Source: Massalongia carnosa (lineage: Eukaryota). From it: a DNA stretch of 64,000 nucleotides. Positions within the stretch are counted from its first letter, which is position 1, and each line of letters opens with the position of its first letter. Position numbers and translations under genes: made by a program. Positions 37,301-49,999 of this stretch are shown here, one piece after another. The stretch spans positions 3,100,001 to 3,164,000 of the forward strand of contig OZ287067.1 of NCBI GenBank assembly GCA_965645245.1. The letters run 5' to 3'. Under the pieces are notes generated by a model. The model worked only from the letters and a program-made list of their open reading frames with translations, did not search any database and was not told the origin of the DNA.

Positions 37301-39318
37301 AAATGCCGCTTCTATTTCCGATCTAACGCAAATATGAACTAACAAATTTGGGAAAACCAAGGCAAAGGGTAGAGAAGAGGGACAGAAGGCATCCTGACTA
37401 AAAGCGCGGCGCTCATCCGTTGAGGTTGCATAGGGACATCTTTACGAAGTCGGTCTCGGTGGATCAAGGTCAACAAAGAGTGCTTGATGAATGCGCTCCA
37501 AGCTTCATCATCCCGTTGCATCTTCGTCACTTCATTACCGGTCAACGGCACTCAAACGGCTCTCGCATAATCTCGTAAAAGTTACTTACCCGGTTTCTGC
37601 GAGCGCCGTGTGACGGAGTTGGCTTCTGTCTTTATCTCATTTTTTCCATCACCGCTGATGGTGTTATTGCCAGGACAGGCAGTGAGCATATTGCCCTGAT
37701 TCATTGTGCATTAGCGTCAGGGTTCCGAGGTAAGTAGGTAAATATCATTCGAATCATTAATCATTCCCAAAGGGCGTCTACCATGGAACATTGCTAAGCC
37801 CCGGCTAGTTAGATTTACCCCACGATCCGACGCCTTCGCACCTTGATTTCCCTTCCCCTTTTCCAACGAAGGAACGGTAAACGACTGTCGACTAACCACG
37901 ACTAATGAAATCAGGGCGCGCACTAGAGGCTGATGTGCTTTCCATCGAATCACCACATCACTTTTCTCGGCTTCTAGCGGACTGACAGTTAATTAAGCCG
38001 GCGCAGCGTGTCACCGGGTAGCGTGCACGCGTTGGAAAGCTCTCTCTGACTCCCATTTCTAATCTGACCTGACTGATCGTGGATGGAATTGTGCGCTGTG
38101 GTTCATCACAAAAGGCAGCCAGCAAAAACTTGAATGCTTGTTCGAACACTGGAGAGGACTTCTACCCTTGATGTATCTGCAGGACCGGTCTACGCTAGCA
38201 TTGCTGTTGAACTCGCCTGCACCTTTGACTTTGTTGCCTGGCAGCGTGATAGCAGCAGATGGTCAAAGCTGGCTGAAAGGAGCGGCGCAAACGCGAGAGA
38301 CGGGCACTCCTGGTAATATGTCCGAGGCAGGACAGTGCAGGGCCTGGCAACAGATGCGGGATCCACGTAGCTGCATACTGTACGATGCAAGTAAGGTAAG
38401 TCAGGGTATGGCGTTCTGTACTCCGTATCTGTACAGATTAGTCTGTACAGAGTACTCTGAACAAACTATAGAAGAAGACAGAAGTGGGTTAGAGGGAGTT
38501 AGGGTGGGTAAGGTACCTAGGTCGGGGTAGGCAAGGCAAGGCGAGGCAAAAGCGAGGCAAGGTGATAATTCCCGTCATGTAAGTACCTATATTGTACCTA
38601 CTTCGTACCCAGGTACCTGCTATTGCCTGAGATGTATGTACCTACGTATGTACTCTGTACTCTGTACGTGGGATGGGTACGGGTAGTTTGTACCTGCAAA
38701 ACGGAGAATTTCCCAACGGTCGAGCTTCTTTTCTTACCTTGTTCGTCCACTATTCGTGCACCTCATCTGCAATTTCCTCCCCTGCCTGATGTTACCTCCT
38801 GCACTGGCCTTTTACTTCACGATCAGGTAGGTATTTACCTATCTGCCTAGCTGCTCACCCCCAGGCCCTAATGGGCTTTTGTTTACAAATGCGTTGGCGC
38901 ACTTTGGGCGTCACAGCATTTAATCCAGCGTTGCATCTCATGTGATATCGACCCGGCTATCACGTCTTTGCAACCTAACGGCAATTCATATATCAAAAAC
39001 ACCCCCCCACCGGATAATTTCCAACCATTCAGCAAACTTTTTCCAAGCATCCATCCTCCCCCTGAAGAGAACTTGATTTCAAGGCGCCGCGGCTAAACGA
39101 AAAAGTTGAGAGAACGAACGGCTGCATTCCTCTTGTGGGCCCCTTCTCGTCGCTGTTCTGGTGTTCTCATAACGAACAAGGACTCAACAACGTTAGCCAA
39201 AACCTGCTCCAAAGAGTACGCGGACGTAAATAAAAGAATGTGGTAGACCCCATGCGCTGATCTGGAAACACTTGCGCTGGTATTCGGAGACTTTTGCTCC
39301 CATACGTTGCATCATCCT

Positions 39319-42300
39319 ATGCCGCGAACCTACCTTGGTCCATTTGGTGAATATCTGCCTGTCCTTGATGATAACGAGCCGTATGGTTCTGATCATCTGT
39401 TGCAAGAGCTAGGCTCCAATATGACGACCTACCAACTCCCCCCCCCAACCATTTCTACCAGATTGCAGTTTGGCTCCGACCTGCCTTCCGGTTTCACCGA
39501 GCCCAATCGGTATGACACGACCAGTCACGCCCGAAGGCATCATGAAACAAGCCAGAGACTTTCGTACGACGAACAACACAGGCGAACCTACCATGAACCT
39601 CTCCCCTCTGTGAGTCAGTTACTTACGCCAGGATCGCAATCGAGCATCCCTGCTTCCCCGTTCTCCCCTCAACAAAGCCCAGATCCTTCGGAAGCAGGAT
39701 CTACCCATCCATCGGCATTACGAAACAGTCTATCCAGCCGATCAGCACACGTGGAGTATGGGTTTCAAGGTGGTTATGAGACCTTTAATTCACCGTCGCA
39801 GAACCGAGAGAATATTGACCCAAGGACGACCAATTTCCATGCTATTCAGCCAGCCGGCCTGTATCGACCTATGTATTCGAATCCCTCGGTGACCAATACC
39901 CAGCTCTACACCTCTTATCCGGACTCGGTCCGATCGCAGCCATCTCAATCTCGACAAAGTGCTCCACTGACTTCTCCGATTCAGTTCTACCAGACCCAGC
40001 CTGCAAGTTACGACTTATCGCCTAGCACTCCTTCAGAGCTTGGTTCGAGTGTGCGGGAACCAGCAAATGTTGTCAAACCCTTGCCTCGGGTGGTTGGAGA
40101 GCGAATCGTTCCGGGCGAAGGTCCCTGTTGGGTATACGAAGATGGCTCCACCTGCAAGAAGGTTATCGACGGCGAAGCAGTCAACGCCCAGTGGGGTATT
40201 ACGAAAGCCGGGAAGCCTCGGAAGCGGCTTGCAATCGCATGTACCACATGCCGAGAGAAGAAAATCAAATGTGATCCTGGAGACCCAAAGTGTGTACAGT
40301 GCGAGAAATATGGAAGAGAGTGCCGATTTACGACGGCGTAAGTTGTTCCTCCCATTATAGATCTGCGTTCATGCTTTTCACTGCCTACTGCTTCTCCTAT
40401 TGCTCCTGTGATTGTTCCTCTGAGCCTGTTTCCAAAATCTTCGATCTTTTCAACGCCAGCGGCTAAAAGATTCCTCCGTATCTGGCCGATATTTCTTTCA
40501 CATATGCTCTCATCGAACTGATGTTCGTCGTAGACATCGTGGTCAGCATACCAGTCCAGACTCACCTTCTTACGATGACCAGGCGTGTATTACACCAATA
40601 AACTCCCATGACGACCATCCTTCGCATTCTACTCGCAAAATCGATTCCGTGCACATCGATAAAGCAAAAGCTTCAGTTAGCCTCCGAAGCAAACCGTCTG
40701 TCGACCTTGATACGGCTCAAGATCTATCAGCCATAGCGTTCACTTCAGGTACTAGTAGGTCTGTCATGAAGAGACGACGCCCAAATACCTCCGATGCATC
40801 CACGCAAAAAGAGCCTCAAGAGAAATCTACTAGACGAGAAACCACGATTCCGCATACACCAAAACTTGTCAAGATGGGTCCATGGGAGGCGATTCCTGGG
40901 CACATCAACCTTCATTCTTTTAACTGGGGGAACGATCCGTATGAAGTCGATGCAGACCTCACCATGCATTACATCGAGACATACTTCGTCCATATTAACG
41001 CAGCCACTTATCGCATCTTCCCTCGTCAGCTGTTTCTTCGATGGCTGAAAGGCAAGACTACGAAATCGCCAGATGACTTGATGATCCTGTACACCATGCT
41101 CGCAATGGGGTCGGTTTTTTCATCCAGAGCTGAGCGGAAACACGAGGGATCCTTATTCAGTAAGATTGCACGGTATGCGGTGAAGAAGAATCATGGCAAT
41201 TATAGCATACAGCTCGTTCAGAGTCGTCTGCTACTTGCCTTCTACCATTTTGCGGCGGGAGAGAGCCACAAGGCCTGGGACTATGGGGGAATGGGTTTTC
41301 GAGTTGCTTCCGGTCTGAAGCTTAACCTTGAGGAGGGTGTGACAGACATCCGAGATGATGACGTTATGGACTATGGGCTGAATCGGCATGCATTGGCAGA
41401 GTGTCGTCGGAGAACGTTTTGGTCCGCGTACATGATGGACGTGAGTTCCCCCCGATAATTACCTACTTTTAGCTATACTTACAGTTAGTAGCGTTTCAGC
41501 GGCTTTTGCTCCGCTCATCTTTGTGCCATTCATGACGAAGAAACATTCGTTCGCCTTCCTTGTAAGGAAGAAGTTTATGATAGTCAGGAACCGGTCAAGA
41601 CCCCATACTTTGACAACGAGCTCACTGATCAGAGGTTGTGCCAAGACTCGATTCCGTCCGAATTAGGACCGATGGCATACTATGCGCAAATTTCGTCGAT
41701 ATGGGGAGAAGTACTGGCTAATATCTATCGGTCACCCCATCAATCGGTTGAGAGGTACTCCGCAGATCACGAAGCCTTCCATATAACTACCCACCAGCGA
41801 CTTTCATCCTGGAAAGCTAGCCTGCCGGATTATCTGTCGTACAACACCCACAACACCAAAGCGAGCATTAACAGCGGCTATGTCGGAACATTTATCAGCT
41901 TACATACCATATATCATGCCACTGTGATAAAACTGAACCGAGACATACGCCATGCTCATCTACCCGCTGCCAGCGTCACTCGAGCCATCCAAGAAGCTTC
42001 TCAGCATGCCCTAAAGCTCCTTGGAATAATGCAAACCCTGTCCAATGCCGAGCGACGGAAAATCTTCACATCCACGCCATCACAACCCCACCAGCAGCAA
42101 CTCAAAATCCCCTTTTCCACCCCCTTTGCCGGCTACGCCATCCTTATCGCTGTTGATACCCTCAGCGCTGGCGGCTCTCTAGAACCAGGTTCTCTCACCA
42201 ATACATTTCGGATAATGAATGGCGGCTTAAAGGTTATCGAAGAGTTGGGCCAGTTCTGGGCCAGCGCCAGAGCCCAGCGCAAGGCCATCAGAAGGCGAAT

Positions 42301-42532
42301 CGAGCAGCTTGTTGAAAGCGCGACGGCGGATGAGGCCACGGGGAAGAAAGTGTGGATCGCGCGAACGCCCCTGGATAAGACTTTTGGTGGCGATCTAGAT
42401 GCCTTTTACAATGATTCCGTGCAGCAACCAGCCGGAAGGATGAAGTATTTAGCCAACCTTGGGCTCGACGCGCGAGACGACGAGATTCTGATGGTAGGCG
42501 GTGAAAGTCGACCTGGCGGTTGGTGGGAGTGA
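39319..42532 (+). CDS. Zn(II)2Cys6 fungal transcription factor with fungal-specific TF (middle homology) domain
   Basis: ACTTCREKKIKCDPGDPKCVQC...C and ECRRRTFWSAYMMD|RF; introns 40338-40533 and 41441-41491 keep the frame. Start may be 39319 or 39421. Confidence 0.92.
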
Positions 42533-45500
42533 GTATCTTTTGGTTTTTCTCCAGATAACAGCTGTCGTTGGTGGTGACTTGGTATGCCTTGAAGTGCTGG
42601 GCCTCAAGAAATGTCCCCACCCCCCCTCCCAGCCTTACCCAAATGCGTCCCACTGGTGCGCTACTTTTTTCAAACAGCGGATACCTATTTGACGGGAAGA
42701 GCATGGAAAAACGGAGGAGTTTTGGTGTTTGGGCTGGAGTCATTTTGCTTCATCTCACCCAGGCAAACGCTCTACGCATTTATTTCATGAGTGTTGATGG
42801 TTTCTGTCTCATTATGCTGCGGGCTTTATTTTCTGTCTGTTATGGTCCCTAGATGTGTTGATAGGGATTTTTCACAATTAGGCAATCACTCGCAGGAAAG
42901 CCGGGTACGTGTTAGATTCCCATTGGGTTTTTGATAGAAGATTTTGGATCACTTGTGTCCGAACTTGTCTGGATGACATGTTTGAGAGAACAGGCCAGTC
43001 TGAGCAAGGGTCAAGGAAGTGCTCTTTTAATGAGTTAACTATCGATCCTGCTTACGAAATCAAACATTATCAACTTCTTAAAGGAAACCTTATCCTTTCT
43101 TGATATTAATATCCATCAAGCAAACTATCCCTAATCTATCTACCAAACGCCAACTTCTCATGATACATTCGTCCCGAAACTTGAGAAGTTTTCTTAATTT
43201 TATCTTGAGGAAAGTGGATTTTGTAATTCGATAAACTTAAAATGCGTCCTGGAGAATTTTGTGTTTTCGTTGCCGGTCTTCTCACCTAGTTAGTCCGTGC
43301 CACCTCGGACCTGAGGTTTCGAGAACGGCTAAGTAGCTCAGCAAGAGATGATTATCTGTTGTCTCTTTGCGGGAGATGACAGTCTTATTTCCAGTAACTA
43401 CACATCTTCAAAACATTACTTATCTGCCATGAATCTGCTCGGCTTACGGTCCGTGGACGGCTTCTTCATCATGTTTTTAATAACGTGCTTGTTTATCGAT
43501 TATTTCTATCATCTGTTAAATCAGCGATAATCGGTGAAAGTTAAAATATTGAAATCGTTGCTGAAGTAACAGATAGAAGTGATATTGAAGTAACATGAAG
43601 TATCAATGAGCTTTTGCAAAACTATAGGAAAAGTGATGCCGGAATGCGCTAAATCCAAACAAGGTTAATTTCGGTAGATTCGTTGAACGGACCGATTTGA
43701 CGCGATTTTTAAAAGCATTGATACGAGTACATGAAAAGCGCGCAAAACGTTCAGCTTTCGCGACCCACAACAAGCGTCAAGAAACACAGATTTTATAAAA
43801 TTAAATCAAGTGCGACAATGATGTATGTACGTCCGAGACAAGATGTGTGTTTTTAATCCTGTTTGCATTTCGCATTTCGCATTTCACATTGCCTATTCCA
43901 TATTTCATTGCCTCTTTTAAATCGGAGCTCTCAGCTGCACTTAGATATGCCTTTTGAGAAGAGGAGTAGTAATCCATTTGGTTTATGGTCTCTTCTAGGT
44001 GAAGCTATTGGCTAGATGTATATCTCGTCACTCGTAAAGAGTGTGAACGCAATTCCACCCATCCGGAAGACCTTTTCCCGACCAAGCTATTGATTGCCTC
44101 GAATTAATCATTCAGTTTCTGATTTACTGCCTTGCTAAGGGTGCGCTCCCTGTTGTCAGGCATTACCTACACTGCCGCACGTGTGCATGCTTGCAAGGCT
44201 TCATACTCAGCCTTGCCGTTCTGTATGTTCCCATTGACATAACCCCGAATGCTAGGTGAATGATCTTCGTCTTGACCCAGGAGTTTAAAAGGACTCATCC
44301 AACGGCACTATTCCATGCAGTCGAAACGAATCCACTTGCTACAAGAACAACCTGATGACGCGAAAAAGACATTTTTCTACTTTGTTCGCAAAAGTCCATA
44401 CATGAAATCATCATCCCAAGCCGCAGCAGGTCAGCTTGGCAGGATGCCATCAACAAAGTTATAAATAACGGCCAATATCCCTGGAGGTTCACGAGCTGGA
44501 CGTCCAACCACATATTATCAATGGAATGGCCGTGTAAGGAAATCCCATCCCCGCATTATCCCCCAAACCTTTGATATTGGCATCGCTTTGTATCCAACCC
44601 CATTTTGCTTGCTTTGCTAGTAGTTGCGGCTTGTTTGATGTGAGCGTCTTGATGTTTTAGGCCGTCTACACTGGAATGCGAGGAGTCTACCGTCACCCCT
44701 TCTCGCGGCCCGTAGAACTTCACCATCCGCCACGACTACGACTTTGCTAATGGCTTGCTGTAAGACAGCGGCAAAGGCGACTACGTCAACGTGGAGCTCC
44801 CGGATGCTAAGTACGCCTTCGTCACGTTGCTCGAGCGCCGTTACGCCGAGGATTTCTGGGAGTACTTGACGCAGCGGATCGTCAACGATGGGGGAGCCGC
44901 TGCCGCCGCGTGGTTCATGCGCTGTGGCCGAAGTGTATGGTGAGCTTTGGGATTGGACGGACGAGGACGTGAGATGGGAGGCTAGGAAATAACTTGTTGT
45001 TTGGGGCCTAGATAAGGCTTTACAGCTGGTGCTAGGGGAAACGCTCTTGGAGTTTATAGGGAATCGCATACCTCAGTGTTACTAAATACTGGTCTGAGAC
45101 CGCTTCACGCCGCGAAGCAAATCGGATTCGGTGAAGCTGGAGAAAGCAGTACCTAACCCAGATCCTTTCTTTCCCCTTTCCTGATTCTGCTGTTCTTGCA
45201 TTTTTCACCCCACACTCGCTCTTTCCCACCCCTTTCTCGTTATTGTACATTCTTCCTCAACTCATTCCGTCTCGATCATTCCCTCCATTCAAACCTCAAG
45301 CAGCCTTTCCATGAACGGGAATACACTCATAGTTACCTGCTTAAAACCAAAGAAAGAAGAAAGGAAAATGCAAGAATTCTCGATTCCCATATATATTTCT
45401 GTTCTTGTGTCGATCTTCCCCTAGAGCAAGAAATCAGAAATGTCAAAAAACGACTCGGTATCTATCTAAAATCAAGAAGAAAATAATTTAAGCATCAATT

Positions 45501-46596
45501 ATTCTTTCGTTCTCAGAAATCAAAAGAGCAAAAGCCAAAACCACCAAAGTGAACCAAGGAAGACGGAAAAGAAGACGTAGATAGATAGATTTAAGTCACT
45601 CTACGGGAAAAATCCTCTCACATCTTACTCGCTTCCTTTTCTAAGTCCATCCACTCATCATCACGCCTCCAAAACAACAAATCCACCCAAAGGACACTGT
45701 AAACGAAAAACAATCAATCGAATGGACATAGTTAGTCTTTCTTCGCTGTATATCCAGCATTTCTGTAGGAAAAAAAAACAGGGGGAAAAAAATCTCGCCA
45801 GCTGTGAAAGGAGTTAGTTCCCCTCCCCCCTCATCGATCTATAACCAGCGGTAACGGGTGCAGGGGGTGCCGATGACTTGACATATACTAAAACTTGGAC
45901 TGGTGGAACGTGTTGAGTACTAAACCTATATAAATACATATACTTAGATCGTCTAGAGGGGAGGGCGTGGATCGATCAGTCGTCCGCCACAATATTCTCC
46001 TCCTTCCCCCGGCCCCTTACCTGCTAGGATATGAAGGTACACATAATATGTAGCACATAAAAAAGCCCAAAGACATTTAGTACATAAATATCTGTTCACC
46101 CCACTCTTCCCAAATCCCGGTTTTATACTCTTTTAACTCAATTCCATCCAAACGATTTTCTGTGGAAATCTCCAGCTCTCATTTTCTTCTTCTTCTTCTT
46201 CTTTTGCAAAACGCTTCGTTTTCGTCATAAACATCTGCCTGCTCGTGCGCAAGGTCTGCTCGAGGCAGGTTCATTCACTTTCTCCCGTACCTTTGCTATG
46301 TTACAGACATGGGCCTATGGGTCTCGCCCCCCACCTTTCCTGGCCTCTTCGCCATCTGCATTCATTTCTTCGAGGCGTTTTTTTGATCTTTAAGAAAGCC
46401 TGCTGGAGTCCATTTTCCCCTTCTTTTTCGCTCTTTCTTATTAAGCATGATTCTGTCGTTCTTTCGAATCTATAATTCCATCATTCTCAATCCTCCTCAC
46501 CTTGAGTAAACCCATTCACAAATAGTTTTACCGTTCTTCAACTCTCAATCTCCATCTCAACCCCATCAAAAAAAAAAAAAAACACTACAAGAGAAA

Positions 46597-47181
46597 ATGG
46601 TCAACCCCTCCCGCTCCACCAACCGCACCCGTCGCGGCCAGCAGCGCCGAGTCTCAAGCCGGAGCCCCGAGCCCCTCCTGCTCGATCCAGAATCGGGCGA
46701 GCCCTACTACTGCCAACACCAGCGCCCGGAGAACCCCTACCGAAGCCGGAGTCCGTCGCCAATGACACGCTTAGAGAACGAGTACGCCGGCCTCGACTAC
46801 CCCGCCTCCAAAGAAACTGGCGGGAACGGCGGCTGGCCGAATGGGCCCTATCGCCAACGCCGGCGGCAGGAAGACCTGCATCGAGAACGGAGCCCGTCGC
46901 CGATGTCATGCTTTGAGAGCGAGCACGCCGCCGCCGCTACCACCACCGCCGACCCCGTTCGTGGGGTTAGTGCCAGAGATGAGGAGTGGGGATTTGTTGA
47001 GCATGAGGCGAAAAGGCACTGGTATCGGGTAGGGGGGAGGGATAGAGGGGGTCGTAATGATGGGAATATGGATCGGAGGGAGGAGGGGAGGGAGGAGGGG
47101 AGGGAGGGAGAGCGAAAGGAGAAGAGAAAGGAGAGGAGCAAGGAGAAGAAGAGCAGGGGAATATATAAAGGGGTTGAGTAA
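46597..47181 (+). CDS. hypothetical low-complexity R/S/E-rich protein
   Basis: 194-aa ATG ORF after an A-rich leader; internal duplication RSPSPM(T/S)xxExExA. Confidence 0.45.
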   Translation: MVNPSRSTNRTRRGQQRRVSSRSPEPLLLDPESGEPYYCQHQRPENPYRSRSPSPMTRLENEYAGLDYPASKETGGNGGWPNGPYRQRRRQEDLHRERSPSPMSCFESEHAAAATTTADPVRGVSARDEEWGFVEHEAKRHWYRVGGRDRGGRNDGNMDRREEGREEGREGERKEKRKERSKEKKSRGIYKGVE

Positions 47182-47444
47182 GGAGTCGTTGAATGCTCTT
47201 TTAGGGTTTGGATCTGTGGTTTATATATATCTGGGGAAGTGCGAGTCTAGTTTTTCAAGATTTTTTGGGCTTAGGAGATTGAATAAGTTGGTGGTGAGGT
47301 TAAATTTGTGATGTTAGAGAGTAGTAAACGGGTCTCTAACAAGTTTCCATTTCCAATGCTGCAAACTAAAAGGCGCCCTGCCGCTTTGAGTGTAAAAGGA
47401 AAAAAGGGGGGGAAGAAGGTGAACAAAAGCAGTGACTCACCAGT

Positions 47445-47720
47445 TCATCGTCCTCCTCGAACCCATCCCCAGATGCCCCCCTCATACCCTGCAATCGTCC
47501 GGTTCTTCTTCCTCTCGATACGCTCAAGCTCCGTCGTTTCCTTGATACAAGCCTTGCACAGCGTGTCCAGTGTTTCCGTGTCTTCGCGTGACCTTTGCTC
47601 GCGGACGCAAAGGGCTTGGTCCTTGGGAGATGGGTGCTCGGTGACGCGAATTTCGCAGACGCGCCATTCATGGTGAGAGAGATGGCGGCATTTGTGCTGC
47701 AGGAGGAGGATATAGCACAT
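47445..47720 (-). CDS. small Cys/His-rich putative zinc-binding protein
   Basis: MC-x8-CRH...C...C...CKAC pattern seen in small fungal proteins. Confidence 0.5.
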   Translation of the reverse strand: MCYILLLQHKCRHLSHHEWRVCEIRVTEHPSPKDQALCVREQRSREDTETLDTLCKACIKETTELERIERKKNRTIAGYEGGIWGWVRGGR

Positions 47721-48603
47721 GGTGGCCGTTTGCTGAGATTTGTTTTTGGAGGGGATTTAGATAAGGTGTGGTGGGCGGAAGCAGAATGAGCTGAGGTTTG
47801 GAGTACCTGCGATGGGGAGGATTTATAGGCCATGGGGCCAGTGGGTTGGTAGGTGGGCTTGGGTTCTTCATGGTGGGAAGGGGGGGATAAAGAGAAAGAA
47901 ATAGGGTTGTTTGATCAAGGAAGTCGTTTATGAAGAAGCTTTGTTGGATAGCTTGATCAAGGAAACAAAGGGGTTTGTTAGGATAAACAAGAGAAAACTA
48001 TACGAAAATAATAAGAATGAGGGGAGTAAACGTGCGCCTTTTCATAGTTCTGAAGTCGTCTATGGTGTAGCTGTCCTATTGACATGGGGGAAGCGTTAAC
48101 CATGAATGGCACATACCTATGCCACCCGTCATTTTTCACAGGTCCGGGAAACAAATAAGGAAGCACAGCCTATATGCCTTGTAGCATACGCCAATAGCGT
48201 GATATTTGCTTTGACCCTTGTTGGGAGACATGAAGTAGAGTTGAAAAGCTAAAGTCTAAAGACGTAATGACCATAAAAGTGAATCACAGAGCCTGCGGAG
48301 ACAAGGCGACTGGTAGAAAACCAGCAAAATGACCACTTGTAATAAGGGAGGATAGTTGCTCCTAAACACTTATAGCAAGTCCAGAGCTGGAACAAAATTC
48401 TGAAAAGGTTGGAAACCATAAGCGCAACTATGATTGAGAGATCTCTAAACCCTATAAGATTCTTTCAACGTTAGGTAGAAATGAATCAACCTTTACTCTT
48501 GGATAGAACCAGGAGATATACAACCCGAAAGATGACGTTGAGTCTATCACCCTACAAGACCAGAAATCCCAATTAAACCTAGTGTCATCGACATAGGAGC
48601 ACG

Positions 48604-49512
48604 TCAAGGCCCGACGGAAACGGGAAAGGAGCTATATTCAGGGGCCCCCAACTCGATTATGCTAAGCTCGCCGACCCACTCCGAGACTGGACTTCCGTCA
48701 GAGCTTGTTGGCGCTCCTGTCTCGGCTAAATCGCGAAGCACGATGGGATCAAAATACAACGGAACATCATGCCTCCCAATCACGGGGAAGGTTTTCGCCA
48801 AGCGCTGACTCATGAATAAGAAATGGGCTGCCACGACCACCTTTGCGGAGAACCTGCGCCCTTCTTTTGTATTGATAATCAAAGGCAGCTTCACTTCTCT
48901 GGGCATGCCCTGAGCTAAAAGACGGTTTTCTTCAATGGTCCAAGTAATCCTATTGGGCTTCGGGCGAGTGCCATGCACTTTGAGGCTACTCTCTTGTGGG
49001 ATGGCCACCTCCTGCGAGTGGCTTGCACCTATCGAAGGGCCTCCCGGGATGATAGTTAAATCCGAGTGAGCTTCCGAGCGGTATGCAACTGTGCCATATG
49101 ATACCGGGCCTTGGTGGAAGGTCGGATGAAACTTAACAACCGAGGGATTTTTGGCGGAAACACCAGGCCCAGCCTTAGGGGCATCCTCGAATGTAATCTT
49201 GATATCGACAGCGCGGATACGATCCAGGAAACCTTCAAGGACACGCTGGAAGGAAAAGTGGAAGGTGAGAAGGAATGCAGAGTGGTTGTTGAAGGTGCCA
49301 AGACGGAGCGGACGTTCAATCGCGGCTACGACGGTCGTTCTGCGCACTTCTGCCACGATCCTCTCACGGGGAATAGACTGATTCTCTTCATCATCACCCT
49401 CGTCTCTCTCGTTCGGAGAGCTGAGCACAGGATCGATGGATTCGTCAAGCTCGAAGCTGATGGGCCGAAAGAAGTCATCGAGTATGATGTTGCTCGACTC
49501 ATTTGACGTCAT
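48604..49512 (-). CDS. beta-rich hypothetical protein, candidate pore-forming/effector partner of adjacent CHAT protease
   Basis: Intact intronless 302-aa ORF with acidic N-terminus, alternating beta patterns, WTIEEN...GMP and PLYFDP; divergent from the CHAT gene. Confidence 0.75.
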   Translation of the reverse strand: MTSNESSNIILDDFFRPISFELDESIDPVLSSPNERDEGDDEENQSIPRERIVAEVRRTTVVAAIERPLRLGTFNNHSAFLLTFHFSFQRVLEGFLDRIRAVDIKITFEDAPKAGPGVSAKNPSVVKFHPTFHQGPVSYGTVAYRSEAHSDLTIIPGGPSIGASHSQEVAIPQESSLKVHGTRPKPNRITWTIEENRLLAQGMPREVKLPLIINTKEGRRFSAKVVVAAHFLFMSQRLAKTFPVIGRHDVPLYFDPIVLRDLAETGAPTSSDGSPVSEWVGELSIIELGAPEYSSFPVSVGP

Positions 49513-49999
49513 GACCAGCTTATATACCGACTCTTCTGGCTACTTGAACACCGCTTGATAATTCCTTGGTTTCATGTCAGTCAGACGGTTCGTGAAGTTC
49601 TCATGATCCGAGATGGATCAGCCCTTACTTCACACAACTAGTCGAGCGGCGGACAATGATCAATCGACCTATCAGGCTATTTTGATGAGCGAGAGGAATC
49701 AGCTTCGAGGAGCCTCCAGTGCTTCAAGGCGCGGCTGTTGCGATCTGAAAAATTCAGGTATAATCAAACAAGGAAGAGGCGCTGCGCTACACACGGTGTA
49801 AGACCGACTTTTTGTTACTTATAAGAGAGTCCCCAAAGATGGAGCAACTCTTTCAGGTGCTCGGCATACAGGAACCCCCACCTTGAACAATTAGTTATGC
49901 AAGGACGGAGATCTTACAAATCAAAGCGTGCAATAGAGTTTTCATCCACTTCGGGCCGTTGCTCTAGATTTTTAGAACCAACGTCAATGAGACGCCTCC

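Noticed and set aside
43100..45130. AT-richer stretch and a coding-like fragment (44617-45069), possible transposon relics
   Set aside because: No terminal repeats or recognisable domain motifs
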